A stretch of 63,765 nt of DNA, counting the filler, from Perkinsus chesapeaki ATCC PRA-425 (taxonomy: Eukaryota; Protista; Perkinsozoa), in assembly GCA_013115145.1 (NCBI GenBank). It is 5 parts of 5 records of this genome, joined end to end, with 100 filler letters (N's around TTAATTAATTAA, not from the genome) between each part and the next. Parts side by side here need not be neighbours in the genome. Positions count along the whole stretch, not along the records: positions 35,574 to 62,292 come from JAAPAO010000503.1; 4 more parts are not named here. One strand, written 5' to 3'. Positions 49,122-61,713 of this stretch are shown here, piece after piece (positions within the stretch are counted from its first letter, which is position 1; the number at the start of each line of letters is the position of its first letter). The notes beneath the pieces are model-generated. The model ran no database searches. It was not told the DNA's origin and saw only the letters and a program-made list of their open reading frames with translations. The translations under genes were made by a program, and so were the position numbers.

Positions 49122-51157
49122 TCAAGTCCCCTCGATTTCCCCATTCACTGCTTCCGCTGGCTGTGCCAGGCGATCCTCCAGCCATCTGCTCCGAAGTTCT
49201 TCGGCCATCTTGGTCACCTGAGATACCAGCGGTGCTATTAGGAGCGTGACGTTAGGGTAATTCCTCAATGTGCTTCTTACGAGCCCTCTATAAGGAAATA
49301 GGTAACGTAGAGTGACATACAGGGATTGACTACAAAGACCTCATTATACATCCCAGAAGAAGTATGGAATACATTATTTACAATTTGATAGGAGTGAGAA
49401 AATAATTCCTCTCTTGGACCATCCGATGCCCCCACCCAATCACTTGTCATCCTAGATAGCCAGTTCCCCAACAGCCTGCCTTACTTGTTTCCATTTACTC
49501 TCAGCTCCCTCCACTGACAGGAGCCCAACAGCACATTGCCGAACTGGCTTGCCGCATGCCTTACCTGTTCAACGAGTAAGCTTAGATCGATTGAGTTTCA
49601 GCAGCCATTACCAAGTCTATTCTTAGAGAGGGCAAAAACCACCGGGACTGGAGGTCGATCCGGAGATATCTTATCTGGAAAACAGCGCTCAAACTTAAAG
49701 AATCTGAAACCTCTACTAAGCATGTATAGAAGTATGCTTAACACTATTTCGATAAAGTAAGCAATAATTCCTACTTCATCGATTCCTTTATTGATGTTAC
49801 GCAGTTTAATGTAGACTTTCAAACTTGACAGAAGAATAGGGAAGTCAGCGTCCGAATATGAAAGAAGTATCTCTGATCAACATTGATCTATCCTATGAAA
49901 ACTATATTTTGCAATTTCCTGCATTACTTCCCCCATTCCTACTACTAGCAGTAGCGCTGCTCCTCCCCCCTCCCATCGAAGCCTCCTCCACTACTCCAAC
50001 TACATGCTCATCCAGCCCCCCCGACGACTCTGAAGAGTGCATATTTGGTGCCACTATGATACCTGAGAGCCAACTCGAATCTATTAGCATGTATTGATAT
50101 AAATGATGTTATTATACATTGATGACTCAGTAGATAGATTTCATATAGCTACCGATGACATATAAATAATACGGGACGTGTAGGTATCAGCATTCTCTCA
50201 ATTAAGCAATGTTATCATCAGTCTAGTAATTCAATCAACAATAGCCGTCATTCCGGGCTTAAAAATAACAACATCACTTTGAAACTGTCCCCAGATCGTT
50301 CCGCCAGCGACCAGGCCTCGACAGTCGTCCAGTTCTCCCAGACATCAGATAGCCCCTGTTATAACCCAGATCTCGGGATGAACTGTCTCCACACTTTCAA
50401 CGTAGTGTGCCCCGAATATTACCCTGCAGCTTTCCCAGCCTCAAAGCTCTCTCAACCTCTCTTAAGCCGGTCACAAATCGTTTTCTCTTTTTAAACTTCG
50501 CAGGATTCTCCTTGGCTCTTTCTTGATATCGGCACAAGTCCTCCAACATGCTCAATACAAGGCTGTCAAGCTCCGGGGATAAATACCTAACAACTCTACA
50601 GTAGCTTTACATTACAGTGACTTCACACTACAGTAGCTTTACATTACAGTGACTTCACACTTCAGTAGCTTTACATTACAGTGACTTCACACTACAGTAG
50701 CTTTACATTACAGTGACTTCACACTACAGTAGCTTTACATTACAGTGACTTCACACTTCAGGAGATTCTTATACAGAGCCTTCTTCTAGGTAGAAGGAAT
50801 TCTTAGTATTTTATTAGTTACTATGATACCATATAAAATCGTAGTAAGTTTTCCTATCCCATCTCCACCTCCCCCTCCGCCCCTTTACTACTGATGGACA
50901 TAATGCCGTACACTGATCTCCGGCACACCATTACCCTCTGGCTCCTCATTTGTTTGATCATGCATTATAACCTCTTTAAGCTTTGATGGTTTATTTTTAT
51001 TTTTGCTGACAAGTCTGGTCTTTCCCATCCTCAAAGCCGTCATGTCCTCTACCAATTCCGACTTCAACTGCGGAGGAGCAGGTCCCCGATTGCTGGTTGC
51101 CTTCCCCTTTCCCCCCTTCATGTTCAATACAGGCTTTTGAGGCCGGTTATTAGACAT
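49122..51157 (-). CDS. SECISBP2: SECIS-binding protein 2 (L7Ae domain), short form
   Basis: K-rich motif KNKNKPSKLKEVI, then SVRHYVHQ|YLSPELDSLVLSMLEDLCRYQERAKENP...KRKRFVTGLREVERALRLGKLQG|IIVAPN...SGGLDE...VPVVFALSKNRLG|KACGKPVRQCAVGLLSVEGAE...VTKMAEELR, co-linear with the SBP2 SID/L7Ae region. Confidence 0.9.
50596..50761. repeat. 32-bp minisatellite CT(A/T)CAGTAGCTTTACATTACAGTGACTTCACA, 5 copies plus a partial, inside SBP2 intron 1
   Basis: Units start at 50596, 50628, 50660, 50692 and 50724, with no spacers between them. Confidence 0.97.
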
Positions 51158-51743
51158 AATAAAAATGATCTAATATCAGATACTATACAAATGTATATAG
51201 ATGTCTTTCCATAATAACCAACTCGAGCCTAACTAACTGTGAGTTCCCGGCTCAAGAACTCTGGCCTTCAAGGGTCTCCCTCGGAGGTAATATAACACAC
51301 CTTACACGAAGCTAATTATCACTGAATTTCAGTGTAAAATCATTTCTTGTAGACAACCAGGATAACATTAAGGCCTTCGCAGGTGCCGATATACAAAAGT
51401 TTTGTAAATCCTTTTGATGACAAAACGTTCACTTATAACTCCTACATCGTAAGGTATATGTAAGCGGCCACATCTGTGGTGATGGTTCTTGATAGTGGTG
51501 AATGACAAATGATATTATATATAATAATTATTATTATGATAAAGTATAATTAATAGTTAATAATATATAGTCTTATAATTTAGACAACATTAATATACAT
51601 ATATGTTGTTAACGTGAGTTATAGTAAACATTAGCCTTAGTCAAGCTGATAGATTTAATACCGTATAGCTCATCCATATTGAGAACAACAAATGCTTCGT
51701 TATAATGTCTGTTGAACTGAGTGTTTGCATAACCATTCCTAAA

Positions 51744-52420
51744 TAGGTTCCTCTGACACCACCAATATATCGATTTTGATACCTGTGTGCATGCGTGCAG
51801 AATTTCGTGACTTTAGCAAGGTGACGTGCGTCGTGTAATAGAAGGTTGATGTGCATTTTTTGAAAGATACTTTGGAGCTCAACAATGAGTTTCGAGCATC
51901 CGTCGATTCTTTTACTGTGTGTTTAATGGAGCACTTTGTGTGGAGCCGAAATTTCAGAATGCTTCCAAATGAAAGGATCTCGATCTGTTCACTAGAGCGC
52001 ATCCCAAGTAGCCGGAAATTGTGCAAGCGGGGCGGGCGCCTGGTCTGAACGAGAAGGCTTATGGTGTCTCGTTGATAAAGACATGGCAAGGAAGAAATCA
52101 GTGGTAATACCAATTTAGCAAATATCGTATATTTGACTTTAAGCAGGCATCGTTGTCATCTAGCAAAGGCTCTGTATCGACTGGACATACCAGCCTTGAT
52201 CGATACAGTAATACAGATGCTACAGTGGGGGGACGGATGAATAAAGGTGATATAGGAAACGGCAAGATGTTATTAATATTATTATATAATAGCGTTATAA
52301 TATTGTTATTAATAGCTATTATACTGTATTAGTGTTGTATACAGTACTCCTATACTGGCTTCTGTCTGTCTGGTGGGAAGAGTGCTGCCCGAGAAACAAG
52401 AAATGGTTATTATTATTAAA
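51744..52420 (+). CDS. Splice-bounded exons of an unknown gene, possibly the 5' part of the STPG-repeat gene
   Basis: Segments GSSDTTNISILIPVCMRAEFRDFSK, KVDVHFLKDTLELNNEFRASVDSFT and HRCHLAKALYRLDIPALIDT have AG/GT boundaries. Confidence 0.3.
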
Positions 52421-52804
52421 TATAAATTAGCAATCCGATAATTAGTACTTTGTATTAAGTACTGCTGCTATGCCCTATAATAACTAGTGATAATGCCGGA
52501 ATTTTATAAAATTATTGTTGGTATAATGACATAGTATCATCGAAATCTTATTGCACCCGTCAAAGGTGCTCGTGATTCCATTATCGATTCATCTTTTATT
52601 ATATAATACAATAACACTATTAACATACAAGACAAAGATAGGGCCTTTACGGCGGCATTACTAAATCATTAATCAGTAGCTCATGGAGAGTCTATTAGTA
52701 ATAGTAATATACTTATTATTAATGTACGACACAGTCTCCTCGGTGTTATTGGCAGCATACCGCCATATTGGGCTTATAAGCTATACTATATTTCATCACT
52801 TCAG

Positions 52805-54821
52805 GCCAACCAGCTTCGGCGCCCTCCCTCGGTCCTCCCCCTCCTGAACCTCTAGTGCCAGCAATATCGACCACAGCGAGTACTGTTATCACTCCCGGTA
52901 GATATAACTCAACCTGAGCACTTTGAGCCATCGGGAATAGGTCCCGGGCAGTATGACGTCCACTCGACCAAGGCCGTTGACAGTGTGAAGTACCGGCCAC
53001 CGCATTGGTCACTGAATGAACGTCCGAGGCATCTTCCGCGAGATGTGAGCTGGGAATCTTTGCTTGGAGTTGCCCTTTCACAGTGATTATTAGTTACTAG
53101 TATAGTCTAACTGGTTGTTGAGATATTACTATATGCGAATACGTAATATTTAATATAATATGGACTAATCTGTCTTTACTTGGCAAATGCTATTTAACAC
53201 TCAAACTAGCCTGTGTTTATTTTCAATATTATTAACAAATCATTGCGCATTCATTCCTAACTTAATTACGTTTGTTTTATATACTATATTATAATATTAT
53301 GAACGTTAACAGATCATCAGCTACCAACTGCTATTTGTTTTTATTGCTCTATTGGTAGGTTCCCACGTGGATCGAGACCACTATATCTCAACGGGTGGCT
53401 TCGGGGCCTGATCCAGCGAAACTCAAGCTGGCTAACTTGACGAGGCGGGGGAAGATCGTCCTCGGAAATAAAGCGAAGCATTTGGGAGGGGTATCTGAGA
53501 GGTACTAAAGGGCGCCTGTGGTGAAATCTGCTTTTGGTTTCAATCTGGAGGTAATATTATTGAGAAATGAGCAAGTATAAATACGATATATAGCAGTTAT
53601 AGATCTCTATCGGAGAGCCATAGAGGAACACTGAATGCTAGACCTTGGAGGAATGCACTTTATCTCTCCTTTTGGTGCAGGATTTTTCGGGTCGTACAGT
53701 TACGCTTGGAGTGCTTTACCGGCCCTGAGGGACGTAGTGAACCAGCAGATCTCAAAACATAGAGAAAAATACTGATATTCATCGGCGTAATGTTCTCCAT
53801 GATCGTGGGAATTAGTTCATGAAAAATCCACAAATCTTCTCGAACCTGGTCGAGGGGAGAATTATTGGTGATTATCAGGTTCACGAGTTTCGGAGGTTAT
53901 CGAGGCAGCCCAGGATGCGGACAGGAACCTACTAGGGATGAGCCGCCAGAATATAACTCTATATTCCGTATGATAGCTGTATAGGTTGGTGAAACTGGAC
54001 ATGTTCAGGACCGAGTGGTCATCCAGTACTGTCGAAGCCTCCGAAGTGGTCTATGATGGCAAGGACGGAGAAAGGGTCTATTACTGATGTTGGAAAGTAA
54101 TTATTAATTGTGATTAATTATGTTGGAACTGTTGGGAGAAGAATCTCGACAGTCGGACAAGATCGTATCAAATCTTACTCGCTGGCCTTCGGTTTCGTGA
54201 TTCGAGCTCCTTTGATGAGAATTTGATCGATCAGTTTGGAAATTGAGATTAAGATCACCCAGTTAGATGATTAATTGATCTTGAGCCATTAATGACTTGA
54301 TTATCGATTTTTGTACTTGATATATGTCTAAGACATCTGTGAGATGTCCGAAAAATACGGAGTGAAGCCGATATCGACCCTATTCGCTGGAGGATTTCAC
54401 GGAGGCTCTAATGGGCACTAATGATTAACTCCATCACTAAATTTTATAATATACCGATTTTATCGATCAGCCTTCCAACGAGTTTAATGATCATTTTTTG
54501 TCGGCTTGGCTTTTGAACTACTCTGTCATTAGTTACCATTCTGGAGCGGTATAGTATTGTTTTTCAGGGGTGGCGGAGTCCTTTCCGTTCCGTTTCCTGG
54601 CCCAGGCGCCTACGACCTATCTAAAAGGCAGCATCGACGGCCTATGAAGAATCGATGTACATTTGGTGGAAGGTAAGTCTAAGAATTTTGGAAATGATAC
54701 GCAGATTCGAGATATCGCGGCTTATTCGATTTCTGTTTTTATGCTATACTATAGCATAAAAATAGCAGCTGTAGGTCTTATAGCTCCAGCTTTCGGGTTT
54801 TCGCTGCGAGAATACAACTAA
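52805..54821 (+). CDS. STPG/ODF3 (SHIPPO, PGP-Y repeat) axonemal protein, multi-exon with AT-rich introns
   Basis: Splicing of the 43-nt intron 52898-52940 gives VITP|GPGQYDV. Later exons give KYRPPHWSLNERP, SGPDPAK, SKPPKWSMMAR and VPFPGPGAYDL, typical PGPGxY / P-K-W-S repeats. Confidence 0.6.
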
Positions 54822-55375
54822 ATGAATTTGGGTTTCGGGTTGTCACCGAGCACGTTTAATCACAGTGAAATACGGTCATGTGTTATTGACGATCAGGCCA
54901 AATAATCTGTCCTATATGACCACTAATTGGACCCCCGAGACCTTTTTGGTACGAGAAGCTCGACGAGGCCCATATGGTGGTATTTAACGCCATCTGCGAC
55001 ATGATACATTATAGTTGTTATCAATCCTTCCGAGTTGGGTTGCTGCGGAGTATTTACAGCGGCGGTGGTGAAGCGGCCGAATTCATAAGTCGATTGGCTA
55101 CGAACTGGCTGATTCACATATTGGGTCATCGGCGACTGCAATGCTAAACACTGTTGGAATGGTAGGAAAATTTTGAGGAAAATTCGATCGTTTTTTCTAT
55201 GGCCCGGAGCGCTGGAGCTGGACTGGGGAGAGATATTACGGAACTGTCAGAAACGTACTTTGATGACCAACAAGGCGGTTGAGTATTTATAAGTGTTGAG
55301 GTATTTGAGGAACTGGGCTCTCATTTCTATGGGGTTGGAGATAACTGTATTGCGTAAGTTGATTGCATAATATTT

Positions 55376-58028
55376 ATGGCTAGCGGCCTAAGTCCATCTT
55401 CACTTGAATTAAAGGACCTTTCTTTATCACCAAAATACACAACAACGCCGTCTGTTAAACGAAGACTAGATCAACCACCCGATTCCGCTGGCAGTCGGAC
55501 CCCGGATAGATCATTCGAAACCATGGCGCTGCGCTGGAACGACGACTTTGCGGACGAGGAGACCTCCATGGAGGCCGGCGGCGGTGGCAGTGTGTCGGTT
55601 AAGGAGCCTCAACCGATTAGCCCACTACGGGCTAAGTTGTGGAAGGTTGAGAGTTGGCTTTTAAAGCATGTGTGGCTTATAATAGGTCTGGTCACGACGG
55701 TCTTGATTATTTACGGCTTCGTCATTATCTCGTCTAGGGTGACCGGGAAAAACGAACCTGAAGGCTTCCTGGCGAAGCACGGCCCGATTACTTACAAGGT
55801 TATCTTCGACGCGGGTTCGACAGGCTCTCGGGTCCAGGTGTTCAAGTTTGAGGAGGTCGGCGATAAGATTAAGCTCGACCCGGTTGCTCCAGATTCCCTG
55901 ACGCTTTTCCGGAAGGTCGACGGTGGGCTGTCGAATTATGCAGATGATCCTACAGCTGCGGAGTAGGCAAAAATGAGTGTGTCTCGCTTTTAGTTTTTCC
56001 TCTGTTATCAAGATCCTTCCGGATGTGATCATCATTGTCCCTTTCAGAGACGGTCTTCGCTGGCTTGTCAATGAGGCCATCGCTAACGTTCCAGAGGCCC
56101 GGGGAGCGCAGGTCGTGGTGAGCGCTACTGCAGGGTTGAGAATGCTTCCTTCTGAAAAGGCAGAGGCCCTCCTCGAGGTACTACTCGGAGCCGTTGGAAA
56201 TTCAACCTTCCTCGGATAGGCTCGACTATGAAAGTATAGACTTTTCTACGGAATATTCACTCATCGACTTGACTAGCAAAATATCATCGAAATTTTGTTC
56301 CTAAATTACGTAGACTAAGGGGAAGTAATATGTAGTACTAAGGATAGCGAGTGCAAGTCAAGTTTGACAAATGCAAAAGCAACAATATCAGTGATGTCAT
56401 TCCAAGATTCGCAATTCTTCGTTGAATTCTATGACTTATTCATCTTTGACACGCCCTCAGTCCTTCATCTGGTTCAAGTTAGTATATGTAGTAGTGTAAT
56501 GTATAGTAATATGTACATATAAATGGCTGTAGGAAAACAGACGTATTAATATTTGCCAGCACTAAACATGTGCTCTTTCAGACTACCAGGAAAGTGATGC
56601 GAGAGTCACCCTTCACTTTAAGATCAGATGATGATGTGTATATTATGGACGGAGTCGACGAGGCTAAGTTCCAATGGATGACTGTTGACTTTGCGTATCG
56701 GTACGCTGGTTTGCCGAGCGCTGTCATCGACCTTGGTGGAGGAAGCGTGCAGCTGGCATATGGCATTAAAAACAAACAAGTAAGTGTCGGCGAAGTCACG
56801 AAGTTGGCCCGGTGCCCAGATTAGAAGTGCGTACTACCTCTCGCAAATACTCCGGAAACTGTTTTGATTTTGCCGGCGTCTTTTCTTTGTGATATAATTT
56901 CGAGTGTGATTCTGGCGGAATTGGACTCACGATGAGAGACCAGCCCAACGGACAGGTTTTCTTTGATCACCGAGAAGATTTCCTACAAAAAATGCTCATT
57001 TCGTACACAGTTTCCAGGGGGTCACTCGTGCTGTTATAGGGGAGAAATGGAGCTTGCCAACTGCGAGGTAGTAGTTGTCGTTGATTATTCAGTTAACCCC
57101 TGCGGTCCGAGCAGAGTATGGTTCCTATTTGACACCATTGGATGAAAGTAGGAGTCTGTATGTGCATAGCTGGCTCGGTTATGGACTTAAAGCGGCTCGA
57201 CGGAAAGTTTTAGAAGTCAACATTAATGGTAAGCGAACCCGCTGCCTCCGTGTGATTGCCATGCCATCCGTTACTACCGTAATGTCATCACATGTCAAAA
57301 TGGTCACTTTCCAGGGAGTCGCTGAAGGAACGCCGATTGTTTATAGAGAAGACACTTCCGCCCTACATATATAACATTGTCTACATTCATACGGAACATA
57401 TTCGAAGCCTTAATGGCATCTTCTTATTAGGACCGATTCTCAACTCTTGAGGGATACAGTAGGTTTGATTTCTGCGACTTCAGGTACCAACCCGTGCGTT
57501 GTACCCGAATCTGACCTCCCGCCAATCTACGAGTACTCTGGTGCGAGCTTGAAATTAATAGCGGACGACCAGGCCTCGGCAACAAGAGGAGCTCGGTGTC
57601 TTGATACCATCAAAACTGCGATGAATCTGGCTCAGCAGTGCGGCACAGACTCCGACCGGTGCGCTTTTGACGGCAAATGGCTCGGTCCTGTTACGGCAAA
57701 CCAGTACACCTTCCGACTCTACTCTTATATATTTGACCGTGCGAGCCAGCATGGGCTCGTCCCCGAGGGTGACTTCCAAGCGGTTGTCACCGTTGGGGAA
57801 TTCCGGTCGCTTGCGGATAGACTATGTGGCACGGGAGTTGTTGATGACCCGTGGGCGTGTATGGACATGAGTTATATAGTGTCTCTGTTGAGCGATGGCT
57901 TTGGCTTGAAAGACGACCAAGCAGTGGTGGTTGCTAACAAACTGCAATACGGTGATTTCCAGCTGGAAGCCGCTTGGCCTTTGGGCGCTGCTGTAGATAG
58001 ATTACACAGTGATGATAATGATGGTTAA
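55376..58028 (+). CDS. GDA1/CD39-family nucleoside phosphatase (apyrase/NTPDase), type II membrane
   Basis: All five ACR motifs: VIFDAGSTGSRV, SATAGLRML, IMDGVDEAKFQW, IDLGGGSVQLAY and AAWPLGAA. One N-terminal TM (HVWLIIGLVTTVLIIYGFVII). Confidence 0.95.
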
Positions 58029-58270
58029 ATTAGACTACACTGTCCACTTTTACTGTATTTCATTTACAGCAACACTATGTTTTGTTAACAGTCGAGTTGA
58101 GACAGAGGATTCCACAAATTGGTCTCGTACTAACGTGTGCGATGCGAGTATAATCGTATACAAATAATATATAATCATGATTGAGTTGTACCCTCAGTAA
58201 ACGGTGTATTTATAAGGGACAGTTATAACACAATCGGCGTCACGAACCCTAACCTCTCACTGCCACCCTT

Positions 58271-58750
58271 TTAGTGGCAAAGCGATGGTGCCTCAGCAGT
58301 TGCAGTGCAAACATCGGAAGAGCCTGTGGACTGTTTAATTGTCGAACTCGAAGTCGCCTGTGCACAGGAGTTCGGGAGAGGAGGACCGAAGCCTTGCGAT
58401 GAGCACCGTGACGCTTTTCCTTCCGAAGCCGCCAAAGTTGCGTTTGGCTTGGGCAGTTGAAAACCACCACACCAGGGAACGAACCTTGGCACATACTCCA
58501 CCACTCGGCCACACGAGTGTTCATTGAGCAAAGCTTCTGTCCTAGGCCTAGAGATCCAAAGAGGTGCTCTCGTAGTGAGCCACACGCCAGAATCATAGGC
58601 CTCTCCGGCACGGGCGGGATGGGAAAGGAAAACAGTCTCTGGTCTACGTATGAAAGGGTTCCAGCTGCTATAATCCAACACCAAACACATGAGACGCGTT
58701 CCCAGCCAACTGAACGCAACAGACTTCGCATCACAAAGATACGCTCACAC
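58271..58750 (-). CDS. Possible hypothetical protein
   Basis: An open frame of ~160 codons (LMCLVLDYSSWNPFIRRPETVFL...) overlaps other open frames. No domain recognised. Confidence 0.2.
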
Positions 58751-59578
58751 AATCACTAGCGCTCGCCTGATCCTCCTGTGCCAGCAATTTGACTATCCGT
58801 ACCTACCAGTACTCCCCATGTCAAGGCCTACTTAGTAAAAGCCAAGACCAAATTAATACTGCCCAGAACAAAATAGTAATAGCCCGGACCAAGTTCGGGA
58901 CCAGAGTGAGCGGAGGCTGAGCCTCCGAGGCTCTATGCACTATCAGAGATCCACTAGTTTCTTGTCTCCAGTTTCGCTAACTAGTTCGAATAGGCGTTCG
59001 AAAATGAGTTGCCCGAGCTCAACTTTGCGTTGAGCAGTATCGAATAATAGTTCAGTGGGCATACCTCTTGCTTTTTACGTACCGTAATATGAACGCCAGG
59101 GATTTATGACCTTTCGAAGTTGAAGAATCCCCACGAATTCAGAATAATGCATCTTTAGCAGTCATTCAAGCAATATTGAATGCGCTCCTTCGGCAATCAA
59201 GTCTGCCTCTGCTCGGTGTTATTAGTGTGCCGGGCACACTGTGCCCTTGTTAGTGCCCTCAGTTTGTTATTAGTGTCATCTATCTAATATATCAACACTA
59301 ACACGTGAGATTCAAGCGCATAGAATTCGTTCGATGAATTAATTGACTTGAACTAACAATTCTCATATCTGACCAGAAAAATGTGCTCCCAGAGCCATAA
59401 TGATATCATCCAAAAGTTTCGGTGTGACAAGATGACATGAAGATAAAGACAGGTTTAGGACATGACCTTACGCAGACATACTAAAGACGCCATATGGCAG
59501 CCGCCTCGCAACAAAAGCCAACAACGAGTTGGCGGCTGATCATCCTACGACTGGTATAAATGACTGTTTCAAAGTGGT

Positions 59579-60538
59579 TCATCTGAGGACCTTTTCGATA
59601 GCCTTGAAAGCATCCAGCCTGCCGAATGGCATTGATTGTGTGCCATCATAGCTTTTAACTCCAAGAGTGCTAGTGGTCCTGATTATGTCTTTGATCTCCT
59701 TGACGCTCAAAGAACGCGGAGCTACGCTTTTCAACATTGCTATCACGGCGGCAGCAATGGCCGCCGAGCCTGATGTTCCTTGGACGCTTGTGTACTTTCC
59801 AGACATGGTCGTGGTTACGGCGTTGGCCGGGGCGGCCACGTCTATGAACGGGGCATAATTGCTCTTCACGTGGAGGTTCATTGAAGCTTCTCGAGTACCA
59901 GCAATGCAAATGACGCCGTCGGAGGTCGTAGAATGTTGGCATGGGTATCTCGATTGGCCGGGCTCGGATATGTTTCTGCCTTCATTACCAGACGAACACA
60001 CGAAAGGAATATTAGCCTGTGTCGCCCGGGCCAGAGCAGCTTCGATAATAGGCGATCGGACCTCAAAACCAGCTGCCAGAAGTATCACATCAACCTTCGC
60101 ATTGATAGCGTAGTCGATAGATTTAGCGAAGTCTGCCAGGGGTATCTCTCCATAGACGCAGATAGGCATGATGCTGATGTGATCTGTGATGCCAGCTATA
60201 CCTTTGCCATTATTAGTGACAGCCCCAATTATACCAGCCATTGCCGTGCCGTGACCTGCCCTATCATGCGTGTCAGTATTCTTATCCATCACATTATATC
60301 CTGTCACAAGGTTTCCCTTAAGGTCTTCGTGGTCAGCTCGAATGCCCGAGTCTATGAGGGCTACCGTAGCACGTCTCTGGGAAAGTACTCCATGAGCTTT
60401 GTTCCACGCTTCTGGCACTCTGATAGCCTCAAAGTAAGACTTTTGGGCGTTCTCATAGAGAGGGTCATTAGGGTCGACGGCGACAGCAGTACAAACCAGC
60501 GTGAGTGGTAGGATCCATCTTGATAGATAAGCAAGCAT
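59579..60538 (-). CDS. Secreted subtilisin-like serine protease (S8), intronless, no propeptide
   Basis: Signal MLAYLSRWILPLTLVCTAVA is followed directly by VDPNDPLY. Catalytic Asp (VALIDSG), His (HGTAMAG), oxyanion Asn (SSGNEG) and Ser (QGTSGSAA). Confidence 0.95.
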   Translation of the reverse strand: MLAYLSRWILPLTLVCTAVAVDPNDPLYENAQKSYFEAIRVPEAWNKAHGVLSQRRATVALIDSGIRADHEDLKGNLVTGYNVMDKNTDTHDRAGHGTAMAGIIGAVTNNGKGIAGITDHISIMPICVYGEIPLADFAKSIDYAINAKVDVILLAAGFEVRSPIIEAALARATQANIPFVCSSGNEGRNISEPGQSRYPCQHSTTSDGVICIAGTREASMNLHVKSNYAPFIDVAAPANAVTTTMSGKYTSVQGTSGSAAIAAAVIAMLKSVAPRSLSVKEIKDIIRTTSTLGVKSYDGTQSMPFGRLDAFKAIEKVLR

Positions 60539-61713
60539 AGCGCACGGCTCAGATGGTGTCAAAGGGATAACTGAGGAGATAATCCAAAACTATCGCTAAA
60601 AAGGCCGCTAAGCATCCAGCGGCTGAACCTACGGGCAACTCCTTCCTCGTGGACTTGGCGCCAGCAGCACAAGAAATCCAACGGCCGCCGTGCTGCCAGC
60701 CGATCGTCCGATAGAGGGGCGCCTCGGCACGGAGCAGGAACCAACTCGTGTAATATTATATTACTAATATACCTCGAAGGCTCTAGCAGAAGATAACTTA
60801 TTAAGAAGCGGCTCCACGGTGGATGACTGCGGGGTGTGCGTGTTTGTAGCCCAGCGCCGAAAATGGCTTAGCTAGACTGGAGGTTGTGCGGTGCGGTGCT
60901 GTGCTGTGCTGTGCCCGCGCAGTACGCTGGCCATGAGGCCCGTGTGCAGGCGGCCTACTCCACCCCGTTCTGCTGAGCAGAACCAGCAGAATCTTCTCGT
61001 TGAGCCCTCGAAAAACATGAAGCCGGCTCAGCCATGAAGGTTATCTCCAGCTATCGTCAGTAGCGTGGTACTCGTTATTATACCGACGTTATGATTACTG
61101 TAGGTCGGGCACATATGCTCCGTATCCTCCGGAGGAGATAGTCTGTTCTGCAGGCGCGCGGCTCCGCGTTGATCTCCGAATCATGTATTTTGCTAGCACG
61201 AACTCGCCGGTAGGGAGTTCGAACGTAACGGCTATTGGCTTCATTTCTCATACTTATACCTCCTATACGATGCCGGCTTTATTCGCTTGCGGCCGCGTGG
61301 TATCTTCGGCTATCAACTAGTGGGTACGCACTCTCATTTCGGCAGCCGCAGTAAGCCGCTACGGCAGCCTGAGTTAGAGCTCACACGATGGATTGACGTA
61401 CTGGCCACATCATTCTTATTTCCACGCAACAATAAAATTTGCCTCACATGATTCACTCATCATTAATGTCGTAAATGTTTGTCCATGCCTGTATATTGTG
61501 ACTCAAGTAAATCCAAGGAGAATCTTCTCGGGCATCGTAATTGCAACCTATGTCGACCAAGTGAGCGTAATGGCATCGTGGCATCCAGCGCATGTTACTA
61601 TGTAAATCGTTTCCCACTTGCACCCTATAAGATGCCCGACATGCACGGTGATTTCGTCATAGGATTAGGGAATACCTTACTGTGACTTGCCGATTAGGTC
61701 TCCAATATCCTAG

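Noticed and set aside
50596-50761. CRISPR-like appearance of the 32-bp repeat
   Set aside because: Units are head-to-tail with no unique spacers, no cas genes are present, and the context is a eukaryotic intron.
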